DNA of 64,000 nucleotides from Chloropicon primus (Eukaryota). The notes under the pieces were generated by a model, which saw nothing but the letters and a program-made list of their open reading frames with translations, did not search any database and was not told the DNA's origin. The stretch spans positions 1,116,001 to 1,180,000 of the forward strand of contig CP060757.1 of the NCBI GenBank assembly GCA_023205875.1. The letters run 5' to 3'. Numbering within the stretch: the stretch's first letter is position 1; every line of letters starts with the position of its first letter. Both the position numbers and the translations under genes were made by a program. Positions 31,057 through 43,000 of the stretch are shown here, in pieces.

Positions 31057-31714
31057 ATGCTTGCGAGAGTACCAGCGAGGGGAAGGATGAGTGGGGTGGG
31101 CGCGTCCAAGGCGGCTGTGAGAGGGGTGGTCCCTGTTGTCCCGACGAAAGGGACGCGAACGCACGCGGCAAGCAGCAGCGTGGAGAGGCCGACGGGTTCG
31201 ACGGGCGTTGCGGGAATCGTGGGCGTCCATCACGTGGGCATGATATGCAAGGACCTGGAAAAGTCCGTGGTGTTCTACCGTGACGTCCTGGGGCTGCCCA
31301 CGAAGATGGACAGGCCCGACGACAAGCTCCCCTTCCGCGGGGCCTGGTTTTGGATCGGGACGGAAAGCATACACCTGATGGAAGTCCCCAACCCGGACCC
31401 GACTGACTTGAGCTTGAGGCCCGAGCACGGGGGTAGGGACAGGCACTTTTGCATGGGTAAGCGAGGGAGTTCCTGCAGGTGGTGCCGCCGAGCTGTACTG
31501 ACGAGATTCCTTTCCCTGTCCCCTGCTCTTACGCTGTCGTGGCGAACCTTTAGGTGTGGAAGATGTGGACGCTCTCGAGGACGCTTTGCGCGAGAACGGG
31601 GTGCAGTACACAAAGAGCAAGTCGGGAAGAGCGGCGATTTTCTTCAGAGACCCGGACGCGAACACGCTCGAGTGCCTCGAGGTGAGCGGGACGGGGCCCT
31701 GGAGGGAGTACTAG
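31057..31714 (+). CDS. Glyoxalase/VOC family protein; exons 31057-31456, 31554-31714
   Basis: VHHVG..DLEKSVVFYRDVLG, IHLME, GGRDRH, SKSGRAAIFFRDPDANTLE. GTAAG...TAG intron. Confidence 0.88.
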
Positions 31715-31895
31715 TGACAACACACATGGAGCACTTTGGGAGTCTTTCGTGTGCCGTCGTTCTGTTGCTAGTTTTGATTGCACGTTTTGTTGCGGTGCTC
31801 AACATGAGATGCGACTGGCAGGTAGTTCCTCACCGACCCCTTACACAAGAATTGGCCGTTAATATGTAGTTCTAATATAACCAAAGTGATGCCGC

Positions 31896-33352
31896 CTACA
31901 TCTGCAGCGCAGAGGGGGCATTCTCGACGTCAATGTCGCCCATGCCATCCTGATAGTCGTCGTCATCGCTGTCTCCCGCCACGTCCTTGTTCTGGCCCTC
32001 CAGCCTCGCCATCTGTTCCCTGAGGAGCTTCTCGTCCTTCTCACTCACTGCTCTGGCCCCCTCTCTGACCACGAGCTTGCCCTTGTTGCTCTCGATGGAA
32101 GACTTGACAGCGTCAATGGCCTTGGAAAGCAGCTCGAGGCCCTCCCTCCTGTTGATCGTCTGCGTGGTCAGAACATACAGCGGAGGCGCCAAGAGCTTGA
32201 TCCTCACGATGCACTCCTCCGTGGACATCGCCTCCCCGGCTCTGATCGCGTCCTGAGACAAGGCAGTCGGAAAAAGGAGATTTGGGGTCAGTACCAGCCG
32301 CGAGTGAGCACACGCACGCACAAATAGCTCGTCCAGACTCGTCAAGTGAGGACTCAGATAAATATTCTAGGTAACAAGAGCATCAACACGGTTTTTTCTG
32401 ACTGACGTGCAAACATGTGTTTATCATCATAGTCGCGCTTCACTTGCTGGCAGCATCCCACGTTCGCGAGGCAAAGGCGTGAAAACACGAAAATCTCTCT
32501 TCTCTCTCTCTCTCTCTTCTTCTTCTTCGTTAGATTTCTCACCTTGATATGGAGAACTCCGTCGTAGTGGAAGCAAGTCAGCTCGATGTCAGCCCTGATC
32601 TTGAGCGGCGTCGGCGTCAGCCTCCTCTTGATATCCTTCACTATGGCGCTCCTCAATTCCTGGGTCAGAGTAGCTGCACCCTCCTCCCCGCTAATCTCAA
32701 TAGCCTCAGAGAACATGTCCTCCGGCGAGCTCACCATCTGCTTGAAGGCGTCGCAGGCGTGGCCGTGCTTCTTGTACAGCGGCCAGGTGAAGGCCTTGTA
32801 GAGGTCCTCGAGGTCTGTGTTCGTTGTCTCCGCAGCGTGGCGGGTGATTGTGTGCACTAGTTTTGACTTGTTGTACTTCTCCTCGCAAGCAGCTGCGTCC
32901 TCTGGCGACACGCGGCGTTTCGACAAGTCGATGTAACCCTTCTCCGCGTCCACACGAAGAACCATGACAGGTTCTTGCCTCCCGACCTGCGCGAAACAAA
33001 CAAGTCACACGACGATTTTAGCACCCCAACCCTCTCCTCCATCATTTTCTTTTCGCACCACCAACGATGCTCCCGGCTCGGGTCGAGGGACAGCGCCTCC
33101 CTCTCGCGGGCGACGGGAAGGGCGAGAACCACGGGAAAAGCGACACCTTACCTTGATAAGCTTGTTCACCGATCTGATGCGACGACGAGAAAGCTCCGAC
33201 AACAGGATCATACCGTCTATGTTGTTGTACTCGAGCAACGAGACATACGCTCCCATCTCAGCGATGCTCTTCACCTGCACCATGACGACCTCGTCGACTT
33301 CAGGATACTTCTCCTCGTACATCCTGCACGTAAAGGACGGCTTCTCGTCCAT
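31896..33352 (-). CDS. EIF2S1: Translation initiation factor eIF2-alpha; exons 33352-33152, 32986-32543, 32252-31896
   Basis: [51 protein letters not shown]. Two GT-AG introns. Confidence 0.95.
32351..32434 (-). ncRNA. Intronic box C/D snoRNA, snR72/snoR72Y-like
   Basis: gact-ATGATGA ... CTGA-gtc with a terminal stem. Guide TTTGCACGTCAG precedes a D'-like CAGA and is complementary to conserved LSU rRNA CUGACGUGCAAA. Confidence 0.85.
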
Positions 33353-33685
33353 GGTTCTCGCTCTCCGTGTGTGTGTCTCTCGCTCCCTCTCTCTTCGTCG
33401 TCGTCGCTCTCCTCTCTCTCTCTCTCTCTCCGCCGCCGACCTTTACACCTAAAAACTCACCCTCAGAGAGAGAGAGCTAAGAAGAGAAAAAGCGAGAGAA
33501 TTTGGGGGGTCGGTTGATTGATTGGTTTTGGTTTTGGTTTTGGCGTCGACAGGAGGGAACTGGTAATCGTGGCAGGAACGCGAACAAGTGGGAGGATTGT
33601 CTCACGCTCTTTCGATCGAGTCTTTGGTTGGTTTGGTTGGGCTGGAATTGGGGCTTGAGCTGGCCGGGTTGCTTTGCACGGAGAG

Positions 33686-33721
<36 letters not shown>

Positions 33722-33723
33722 CG

Positions 33724-34872
33724 ATGATGAACTTGAGGGTGTTGGGGAAGGTGGAAGCGTGCGCCTTCAGGAGGAGGTTTGGGGCTCGAGGAGCCTCGCC
33801 GTCCTCCACGATGGCTTTGATCGGGCGGAGCCAACCCTGCTCCCGGCAGGACGGGGGCCAAGGGTCCGGGAGCGCGGGTCGCAGCAGCAGGGCGTTCGCC
33901 TCGAGGAGCAGTAGCCCCGTCGAGGACCCGGTGGTGAGCCCTGCGTGGCTGGCGGAGAACATCAACGACGTCAAGATCCTCGACGCGACTTGGTACCTGC
34001 CGAGCAAGAAGAAGAGCGGGAAGGAAGACTTCGGGAGGGCACGGATACCTGGCGCGAGGTACTTTGACATCGACGATGTTGCGGACAAGTCGTCGAGCCT
34101 GAAGCACATGCTCCCTTCGTCCGCCGCCTTCGCCGCCGCCGCACATGCCCTTGGCGTGAAGAACTCGGACGCCGTCGTGGTGTACGAGGCCAACGGAATG
34201 GCCTTCGCCGCGGCGAGGGCGTGGTGGATGTTTCGGTGCTTCGGACACGCCAACGTCAAGGTGCTCAACGGGGGGTTGCCGGCCTGGCTGGAGGAGCGGG
34301 AGAGCGGGGACCCCTCGGCGTTCGATCTGGACGAGTCCGAAGTCACCCCGGACTTCGTGGACGCCGGGGGTCGAGCCTCCATTGAGGCCCAGGAGGGGGG
34401 TGGGGCGGCGCCGGGCGCGTACGAGGCGTCTCTGAACGACCGCCTCGTCGTGAGCAAGTCAGAAATCCTGTCGGACCTGTCCCTGGCCGACAAGAAGATG
34501 TTCGTGCTCGACGCCAGGGGCAAAGGGAGGTTCAAGGGAAGCGAGCCCGAGGCTCGATCGGGCTTGAGGTCGGGTCACATCCCAGGGAGTTTCAGCATGC
34601 CCTTTGCGTCCCTGCTGGAGGACGGAGGGAAATTGAAGGACGTCCAAGGGCTCCTGAGAAGCGAGATCTTTGTCCGAGCCCTCAAGGAAGGGGAGGTCGA
34701 CAAGTCCATCACTGCAACGTGTGGCAGCGGCGTGACTGCCTGCATGATCGCCTTGGCGTTTGCTAGGGTCGGAAGGGACGTGGCCGTGTACGACGGTAGC
34801 TGGACGGAGTGGGGCGCGGACCCCGAGTGCCCACTTGAGACGGGCTTATCAAAGAGTGGTTTTCGAAGCTGA
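33724..34872 (+). CDS. Thiosulfate/3-mercaptopyruvate sulfurtransferase (two rhodanese domains)
   Basis: LDATWYLP, RIPGARYFD, RSGHIPGS, TCGSGVTAC, YDGSWTEW. Confidence 0.93.
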   Translation: MMNLRVLGKVEACAFRRRFGARGASPSSTMALIGRSQPCSRQDGGQGSGSAGRSSRAFASRSSSPVEDPVVSPAWLAENINDVKILDATWYLPSKKKSGKEDFGRARIPGARYFDIDDVADKSSSLKHMLPSSAAFAAAAHALGVKNSDAVVVYEANGMAFAAARAWWMFRCFGHANVKVLNGGLPAWLEERESGDPSAFDLDESEVTPDFVDAGGRASIEAQEGGGAAPGAYEASLNDRLVVSKSEILSDLSLADKKMFVLDARGKGRFKGSEPEARSGLRSGHIPGSFSMPFASLLEDGGKLKDVQGLLRSEIFVRALKEGEVDKSITATCGSGVTACMIALAFARVGRDVAVYDGSWTEWGADPECPLETGLSKSGFRS

Positions 34873-34965
34873 ATCTTTCTAGAGAAAAACGCTTTGTCGG
34901 CGCTCTTGGTGTCTACTTTAACGATTCGATATTACAAGTACAAGGAAAATCTGGAAAAACATCTC

Positions 34966-36528
34966 TCACACGTACTCGACTTGGCAGTTCTTCTCGACCC
35001 ACTCGAAGACGAGCTTGGCCTCCAATCTTTCCTTGATCATCTGCTTGATTCCCTCGGCGTCTGGGTTCTCCCCAGCAGCCTCTAGCTCTTTCTGGATGCT
35101 GTTGAGCTCGTCCTCCAGCTGCTCTTCCGAGACGGCGAGACTCTCGAGCTTCTGGATCTCGGCAACCCCGATGGAAGCCCTGGCGAGCATCTCAAAGGTG
35201 TCCCTCTCCTTCTCAATGTAGTCTTGAACGAGCTTCTCGGAGGTGAGCTTCTGGACCATGTCGGGGCTGAGCTGACCCTGCTGCTGGATCTCCATCAAGC
35301 GCTTGCCGTACTCCTCTCTTCCGATGTTGACCACCATGGACTCGGGGACGGTGATGTCCACGCACTCGGAGATGCTCTCCGTCACGGCGTTCTGGATGGC
35401 TTGCATCTTGGCCTCCTCCTTCCCCCCCGCGATGTTCTCGAGCAAGAACTCTCTGCACTCCTTCATGCTGGTGCAGTTGGGGATGATTTGGGAGGCAAAG
35501 TCGTCGGTCAAGTCCGGCAGTTTCCTCTCGAAGATCTCGTTCACCTTGACCTTGAACGACACCTCCAGGCCCCTGACGCTCTCGTCAGCCCAGTCCTCTG
35601 GCATCGTGACGTCGAACTCCGCCTCGCCGCCCACCGTGAGCTTCTCCAGGTTCTCCACGAAGTTGGGAAGGCTGCTCACCTCGGTGTCGTACCTGAACGC
35701 CCCCTCGGGCACGGCAAGGGCCGGCTTCCCGTTGTCCTTGCGGACGCAAGAAGCCTCGACGACGCACATATCGCCCCTCTGAACGTTCCTGCCTACGGCA
35801 ATGTTGAGCTGAGCCTGCTCCTTGCGGAACTCCTGGATGATCTCCTCCACTTTCTCCTCGTCCGGCTGGCTGAAGGAGCTCGAGTCCACCTTGATCGTCA
35901 TCTCCGCGTAGGGCGACTTCCAGGCCACCTCGGGGAGGATGTCCGCGGACACCTGGTAGTTGAAGGGCGTCCTCGTCACCAGGGCCTTGACCATCTCGTC
36001 CGTCGGGGTCTCGATGGTCTCGGTGTCCGCCAGAATCCTGTCCCCAAGCTTGGCGAAGGCGCCCTCGAGCGTGGACTTGAAGACCTCCTCCAGCACCGCC
36101 AAGAAGTACTGCTCCTTGCCGACATTGCTCATGATCACGGACTCCGGAACGTTCCCCCCCTTCCTGAAGCCGGGAATCTCCAGGTTGTTCCTGTAGTACG
36201 CGTTGATGGCATCGTAGGCCTTGTCCATGATGTACATGTCGATGAAGACCTTGGTCCTCACCCTGCCGTTGTCGAGGTGCTCCACCTCGCCCTCCGGGTT
36301 CAGGAGGAGGTAGCACGCCTGGCGAGAGGGCGCGACGCGGCACTCCACCCCCGCCGGGCCAGTCGTACCCCTCTCGCGAGGTCCCAAGGTCACCACGCTC
36401 TCGCTCACGTTCGGCCTCCTCTGCAAGACTCCCTGCGCCGCTTTTCTTGCCCTCGCCGCACCTGGCCCGCAAGGAGGGGCCACCACCACGCCCTTCGCAC
36501 GACTCGCCAACCCTCTTGCACTCTTCAT
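34966..36528 (-). CDS. TIG: Plastid trigger factor
   Basis: IPGFRKG ribosome-binding signature, FKBP-like middle domain, LPDLTDDFA, transit-peptide-like N-terminus. Confidence 0.88.
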   Translation of the reverse strand: MKSARGLASRAKGVVVAPPCGPGAARARKAAQGVLQRRPNVSESVVTLGPRERGTTGPAGVECRVAPSRQACYLLLNPEGEVEHLDNGRVRTKVFIDMYIMDKAYDAINAYYRNNLEIPGFRKGGNVPESVIMSNVGKEQYFLAVLEEVFKSTLEGAFAKLGDRILADTETIETPTDEMVKALVTRTPFNYQVSADILPEVAWKSPYAEMTIKVDSSSFSQPDEEKVEEIIQEFRKEQAQLNIAVGRNVQRGDMCVVEASCVRKDNGKPALAVPEGAFRYDTEVSSLPNFVENLEKLTVGGEAEFDVTMPEDWADESVRGLEVSFKVKVNEIFERKLPDLTDDFASQIIPNCTSMKECREFLLENIAGGKEEAKMQAIQNAVTESISECVDITVPESMVVNIGREEYGKRLMEIQQQGQLSPDMVQKLTSEKLVQDYIEKERDTFEMLARASIGVAEIQKLESLAVSEEQLEDELNSIQKELEAAGENPDAEGIKQMIKERLEAKLVFEWVEKNCQVEYV

Positions 36529-37076
36529 CTCTCTCTCTCTCTCTCCTCTTTTCTCTCTTCTCTGTCGTCGCCGCTTTTTTGGAGCTCTCCCTTTCCTCAG
36601 CCTCACGTTTTGATCCCTCCTTATCCTGTTTTTTTTCAGAAAAAGGATTAGGGTTTCGAACCTAAAAAACCTAAAACCTACATAAAAAGTGTACCATTGC
36701 ACTACCTTGGACTGATTTTTTCCCTTTCCTTCGTTTTCTTTTCGTAAAGGGGATTCAATTTTTTCGAAGGTCAAGCCAAGGCCGCGAAGGTCGAGGGTTG
36801 AGGTGTGGGTTGGGTTGGAGTAGTTTGGGCGTTGTGGGGGGGGAATGGGTGGCACCCCGCCCGAAACTTTCTTTCCTTTCCCTCGACCAAGTTTGTTCTG
36901 CGAGCGAGGGGAGCGGGAGCGAGAGAGCACGAGGACGATCGATCGAGGAGGGGACGAAGACCGAAGCCTTTAGGAGGGGTATGGGGCCCTGGGGAAAGAC
37001 TGGAGGTCAGGAAGAGGTCCTGGAGGAGACCTAGGAAAATTGGAGCAGTAGAAGAGTCAAGAAGGAAAGACCAAGG

Positions 37077-40000
37077 ATGAAGACCTTGATCGCAATGAGA
37101 TACTTGATAGTGGTGCTCGCCCTGAGCGTGGGCCTCGCGGGGACGAGGGCTCTCGCGCAGGGAGAGGTAAGTCGTGCTGCCACGAAATCCTCCTCATCCG
37201 GGTGACCGCTGGAGTGACCTCCGACCCCGCTGACACCCCCATCTCTCTCTCTCTTCCTCAAAAAAATGACAACAGGACGAGGTGCTGCAGAGGTTCGACT
37301 GCAAGATGGCCTTGACTTGGAGGCCCGCGGCCCAGCGCTTCGCATTCGTGTCCGATGACATCACCGTTGTCACGGCCTGCACGTACGAAAACTTCATGTG
37401 GCACCACGTTGTCGTCTCCATCGACGAGCAGGGGAAAGGGCAGCTCGTGGTGGACGGCAAAGCGCAGGTCCTGCTGAACGAGGACTTGACCTCCCACGCG
37501 GGCGGCGAGTACTTCCAGACCGGGACGTACCCCAACAAGTGCCCGACCGGCTCCGCGGACGACTGCTGTACGATGAGGGTGGCTTCCAAGTGCAGCGATC
37601 CTGGAAAGTACAACGACTTTGACGGGATTGTTGACGAGCTCGGGGTGTGGAAGAGGCCCCTGTCGGTCGAGGAGGTCGCGGACGCGATGTTCAAGGCGCC
37701 CGCCTACCTCCCCTCGACCCAAGTCGTCGCACCGACGAGCAATCAGACGAACACGGCCAGCGGCAGGGTTCTCTGGGGAAAGTTCAACCAGGCCTGCTCC
37801 AACAGCGTGACCGATGGCCCGCTCTCCATCGTGGGTCTGGGGGGGAGCGCAAAGTACGTTTACAACGGCGTGCCCTGGCTCGCGCCGGAGGTGACGACCG
37901 TTCCAGCAGAGATCCCTCTGGACGGGGGCTTGGAGATCACCGTCAAGGGGGTCGGTTTAGCGAAAAGCCCTTTCACGCACTGCGTGCTCGTCCACCCGGA
38001 TCCCATGGGGTACTACGGGGAGGCATCGAACGCGGACACGCTGGCTGGATCCACCTCGGCGAACGGGCGGCTCGGGTACGACGCGTTCTCGTTCAACTCT
38101 GTGACGTACAGCCACGCCCGTGCGGCGGACGGCCCGGCGGCGGAGGCCGGTACCAGGGGAGGGAAAATCCCCTCCTTTCAGGTCCACGCCACGTCCCAGC
38201 TCTTGGGCTTCCACGACACCATGAAGTGCAGTGTGCCAAAGGCCTCGAACATTGCGGAGGGCTACCGCCTCGCCGTGTCGAACGACGGCGGCATGACCGT
38301 GGGAAACACCAAGCCAACCGTGGCCAAGGAATTCTCCGTCGAGTTTGACGGCACTGTCACCCTCACAGGGAGTGGGACGCCGTCCCAGTCTAGCCTTTTC
38401 ACGGTGTCTCTGTGGGTCTACCCGAAAAAGAACGTGATCACGAGCACAGTTGTTGAACTTGGATCGCCGCAGAGCCCCTTTGGACTCTACTTTGAGAACG
38501 GCCTCCTCGTGGTCAGGGATTCCCCGCTGGGAGGTCAGGGGGTAGCGTACGTGCCGATGTCTTTGAACACCTGGCACTATCTTCAGTTGTCCGTCGGGCC
38601 GGTCGGCGTTCAAGGAAACCAGTTGACGGCGAGGCTGGATGGCATGGCGTTTCACGGGCCAACGGGCTTTAGGTCCTCAAGCCCCAAGCTGAGCACCATC
38701 GGAACGGGGTACCACGGTTACATTGACGAGCTCAAGATCTACGACGAGCACATCTCGGACATGAGCGTCGCCTTCACCAGAGAGCTGAGTCCGCTGAAGT
38801 CAATCGTTGCCACGTACTATAGATTCAATGGAAACCTCAAGAACGCCGTGGAGGGGAGGCAGTCCTCGGAGGACATCATTACTACGGAATCCTCTGTCAC
38901 CTACTCGTCCCACTTTGCGCCCTGGGAGCCGACTGTGGTTTACTCCGTCAACAACCAAGTCGTGAAGGATGGCGTCGGAAGCGTCCCGTATGCCGTCCTC
39001 GGCGGAACCATGGAAGTCACTGGATACAACTTCGCAGAGAGCGAGTTTCTGCGTTGCAAATTCGGTGCCGCCAGCGAAGGCGCGGCGCGCATGGCTCTGC
39101 TTGATCAGTACAACCAGTCCGCGCACGAATGCTCCGTTCCGTCGGCGGGCCAGGTTCTCGTTGGGGAGGCCGGCGAAACTCGCACGGACGGCAGGGAGTT
39201 CACAAAACACTTTTACCCCTCCTTCGAGTTCAGCGGGTCCAGCTCCTTGAGCTTCGACCCAGCGAGTAAAACCGACTCGAAGGTCGTCTGCGAGTTGTCT
39301 TTCGACCCTTCGGAGTACACCACGCAATCTTTCTCCGTCGTGAACAGCAACGGGTTTGGAGATATCAGCGGGCCGACCTTGAGCAAGCTTGATGTCCAGA
39401 GCTCTGGAAACTCGTTGAAGTGCAACGGCCCGCTCGACTTTGGGAACATCCTTTCCGAGGACTTGAGTACATATGCCGTCTCCTTCTGGACGTGGGTCCC
39501 CGAGGGCGGCTCTGCTACCAACCAGATCGTGCTGTCGTTCGAGGCCGAGAACACTGTGCATGGCAGCGTCGTCTTCAACGGCGAAGCCTTTTCGTACTAC
39601 GATGACAACATCTTGAATACTGGAACGACGCAAAGCGCGCTTGAAACCGATATGTGGCACTTCGTGGTTCTCTCGATCGATGCCGAGGGCGAGGGGAGGC
39701 TGTACGTCGACTGCGACTTGACTTCTGCGTTCACAACGGCGTCGAGGCCGCCAAAAGACTCTCGTCTCCATGTCTGCGGCTCGAGTTCGAAAGTGGACGA
39801 GCTCCCTTACTACCAGGGCCTGGTCGATGAGATCAAAATCTTCAAAGACTTTTCGGACAAGCAGACGCTGTGTCCAGCAGCATTCACCGACAAAACGAAT
39901 GCGCTTGCGCACTACAGCATGAACCTGGTTCCCCTGGATGTAGGAGCCCCTGTGCTCGTCGATGAGATGCAGGGCGGATTCATCACAGGAAGGAAGACGC

Positions 40001-43000
40001 ACGTTGATACCTTCCTCCTCGACAAGTTGCAGCTCGTGAAGGCTTCTGCTCCTTGGGAAGATCCTCACCACACGACGGAGGATGTGGACTCCATCTTGCA
40101 CGGGGGCAAGACTACCGTGAAGGTGTCTGGAATCAACTTGGCCCCGTCGCCCTTCTTCAGGATCAGGTCTAAAGATGGAACGATACCTTCGATCAGCACA
40201 TCAAAGGAGGCGCAATCGATCGCCTCTGCCAGCATTCTCGTCGATGGACAGTGTTACGAGGACTCGTCCTTGGAGATAACAAACAATTTCCACACGAGCT
40301 CTGGGGTGACGAAGACATTCGATTCGTTCGTCGGGGTCGTCAATCTCTTTGATGGTCTGGTGGAGCACTTCACCCTGGACGGGTCTGAGGAGAACAGGGA
40401 TCTCATTCAGAAGAGCGCGACGAGGCTTCCTGTGAGCTTGCCAGTCGCAGACTTAAATGCGAGGACGATTTGCGCGTGGGTGCTTTTGGAAGACTACATC
40501 GACGTCCACGTCGACAGCGCGGGGTGGAAGTTCGTTTGCCACACGGAGGATGAAAGCAGCAGCTTGGTTTACCTCAACGGGTATCTGGCCAACGGAGAAG
40601 TCGCCGCTTTCTATGAGAACATCATGGTCAGCTTCAAAGAGACTGGAAAAGCCTTTGGGGACCACTCTGGCTTGATCGACGACATGTGGGTTTACAACAG
40701 AGTCTTGAGTGCCTGTGAGGTTGAGGCCCGATACTACACGACAGACTACGCACTCGCGTCGGACCAAGATGACACCGCCACCCTGCCTTCCACGGGGCCA
40801 CTGGGCGCCACCACTGAAATGACGATCGAAGCTTGGATCAAGCCCCTCGACGTCGATGGTCTGCATGTTATCGCGAGGTCCAAGAACGAGAACGAGGTGT
40901 CCTTCTATATCGTGGACGGAAGCCTCGCGCTTTCGGTGAGCTCAAAAGCGTGCACGTGCACGGCCTGCCCCGAGAAGCATGAACACATATCGGACAAGGC
41001 AAGAGTTACTGCCGATAGGTGGTCTCACGTCGCAGCTTCCTACGACGGCAGCAGCATGTCCTTCTACGTTGATGGGGTGGTCAAAGATACCGTGCCTATG
41101 AGCGGAGTGGGCAAGGTCATAGATAGCGGTGGGTTGACCATGGCGACGAGTCAGATGGGGCTCAACCTGGGCTTTGAGAGCTTCAAGGGCCTTTTGCACT
41201 CCATGGCAGTCTTCAGCGCAGCGAGGACCGCGGAGCAAGTGAAGCTGGACGCCTCTTGCCCCCAAAAGGACACGTCAGGCGTGAGCTTGATATCCTTCAA
41301 CGAGGACAATTCCGCTGGCTTCCACCAGAATCTTGCGAACGCGTCCTACAGTGATCCAGTGGACAGCCAGACGATGACATTGAACCTGAAGAGCCCCGTG
41401 GCTTCTGGAAGCACCGTCTCTTTCGCCGCGGTCGCGCGCTCAGCCTGCGGGAAGATGGCGATGGCGGGAGGAATGGAACTCGGAGCAGTGTTGTCGAAGG
41501 GCGCGTTCCAAGCAAATCTAGCCCTTTCAGATGCTGGGGATGGCAACTACCACGGCGTTCTCGACGCAAAAGGACTCGCGTGCGGGGACTACAAGCTGAC
41601 TGTGGCCCCGTCCAACCTCGTGGATGTGCCCGTCTCCATCGTTCCGGGGGAGACGGTGGCCCACATGTCAGAGATCGTAGTCCCAACGACCGTGGAGTGC
41701 TTTGGCATCCCGAGAACTGTGTCTTTGGTCGCCAAGGACGCGAATGGCTGCCCCGTTCTCACCGGTGGAGATTCGTTCAAAATCCACATCACTGGGCCAC
41801 ATAGCGTGACCATTGACGCCCAGTACACGGGAGCAGATGGAATCTACACGGGAACCTTCACTCCAGAAATTCCTGGGGCATACTCCATGAGCGGGGAACT
41901 TTTGTCCGGGCCCGACCAGGGAATCATCGGGCAAGAAGCGGATCTTAACAGCACCAAGTTCGTTTGCATGGACGTTTGCATGGGAAGATCCAAAGAGTTC
42001 TCGGGAACTGATTCCATCATTTTTTCTGAGGGCAGCTCGCTCGACCTTGACGTGGCCTACGATGAGATGACGATCGACTTCTGGTTGAACGCGGGGCTGA
42101 CCATAGGGAGGGAGGCCCTCCTGCTGGTGAAAACGTCAGCAGAGAGCGGCTCCAGCAAGGGCTACAGCGTGTCTTTGGACCCAACCTTCAACACTTTGTC
42201 CATTTCCCTGTACACCTCCTTGGGCGAGTACAGGTCTCTGACCGTTCCTTCCCTGGCACTGCAAGGGAAAGGCTGGTATCACATTGCGATTACCTACACG
42301 GGCACGGAGCTTTCGGCGTATGGCAACGGCAACAAGATTGCCGCAATCTCGTATGACACCAAGAAGGCCGTCCATTCGAATCCATACAGCCATCCTCTGG
42401 AAATTGGCCAAGGCTTCGTCGGATTGATGGACGAGATCAAGTTCTGGAAAGTGGCTCTGACACCAGAAGAGATCCACGAGTCCATGTATTGCCCACCATA
42501 CAAGAAGCTGAAAGACCTGGCCACGTACTTCCATTTCAACCAAAATGGGCTTGCAAACGTCGTGACCACCAACGGGCACGTCACAATTGCTGGGACTACC
42601 ACGCACAATGGCTTTGAGGCCACCCCCGTGAAGTCTTCTTCCGCAAATCCTTTTGCTGTCGCCGGAGTGACAGCAAAAGTCGTCTCCGGCGAGATGAGCT
42701 TGAAGTACTCCACCGTCTCGTTCGACGTGAACACGTACGAGGCTGGCGTGACCGGCCCCCTTCTTTCCAACGGAACGGGAGACGTTGTCAGCAAATCAAC
42801 CGCACCAGTCTTCAAGATCACGGCGAGGGATCAGTGTGGGTACCACTACACCAAGGGCGAAAGCGTCTTCTCGGCGTTCGCCACACCTCTTACCAACAAG
42901 TTTTCGGATGAGTCCATCTCTTCGGTGGACCTGGCCGGAGCTCCAGCATCGTCCGTCTTCCCAGTCTCAGTAGAGGGCATCCCCAAGGACGTCTCTTTGG

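Noticed and set aside
33370..33720. (CT)n/(GA)n tracts here and near 19890, 20010, 36530 and 48525
   Set aside because: Ordinary promoter, UTR and intron microsatellites seen throughout the window.
24883..34872. XDH and rhodanese as a molybdenum-cofactor sulfuration cluster
   Set aside because: Separated by unrelated genes. The rhodanese is MST-type, not a Moco sulfurase.
36637..36720. Telomerase RNA template (CTAAAACCTA)
   Set aside because: Bounded by T-runs only ~80 nt apart, too short for a Pol III telomerase RNA, and no USE/TATA promoter is evident.
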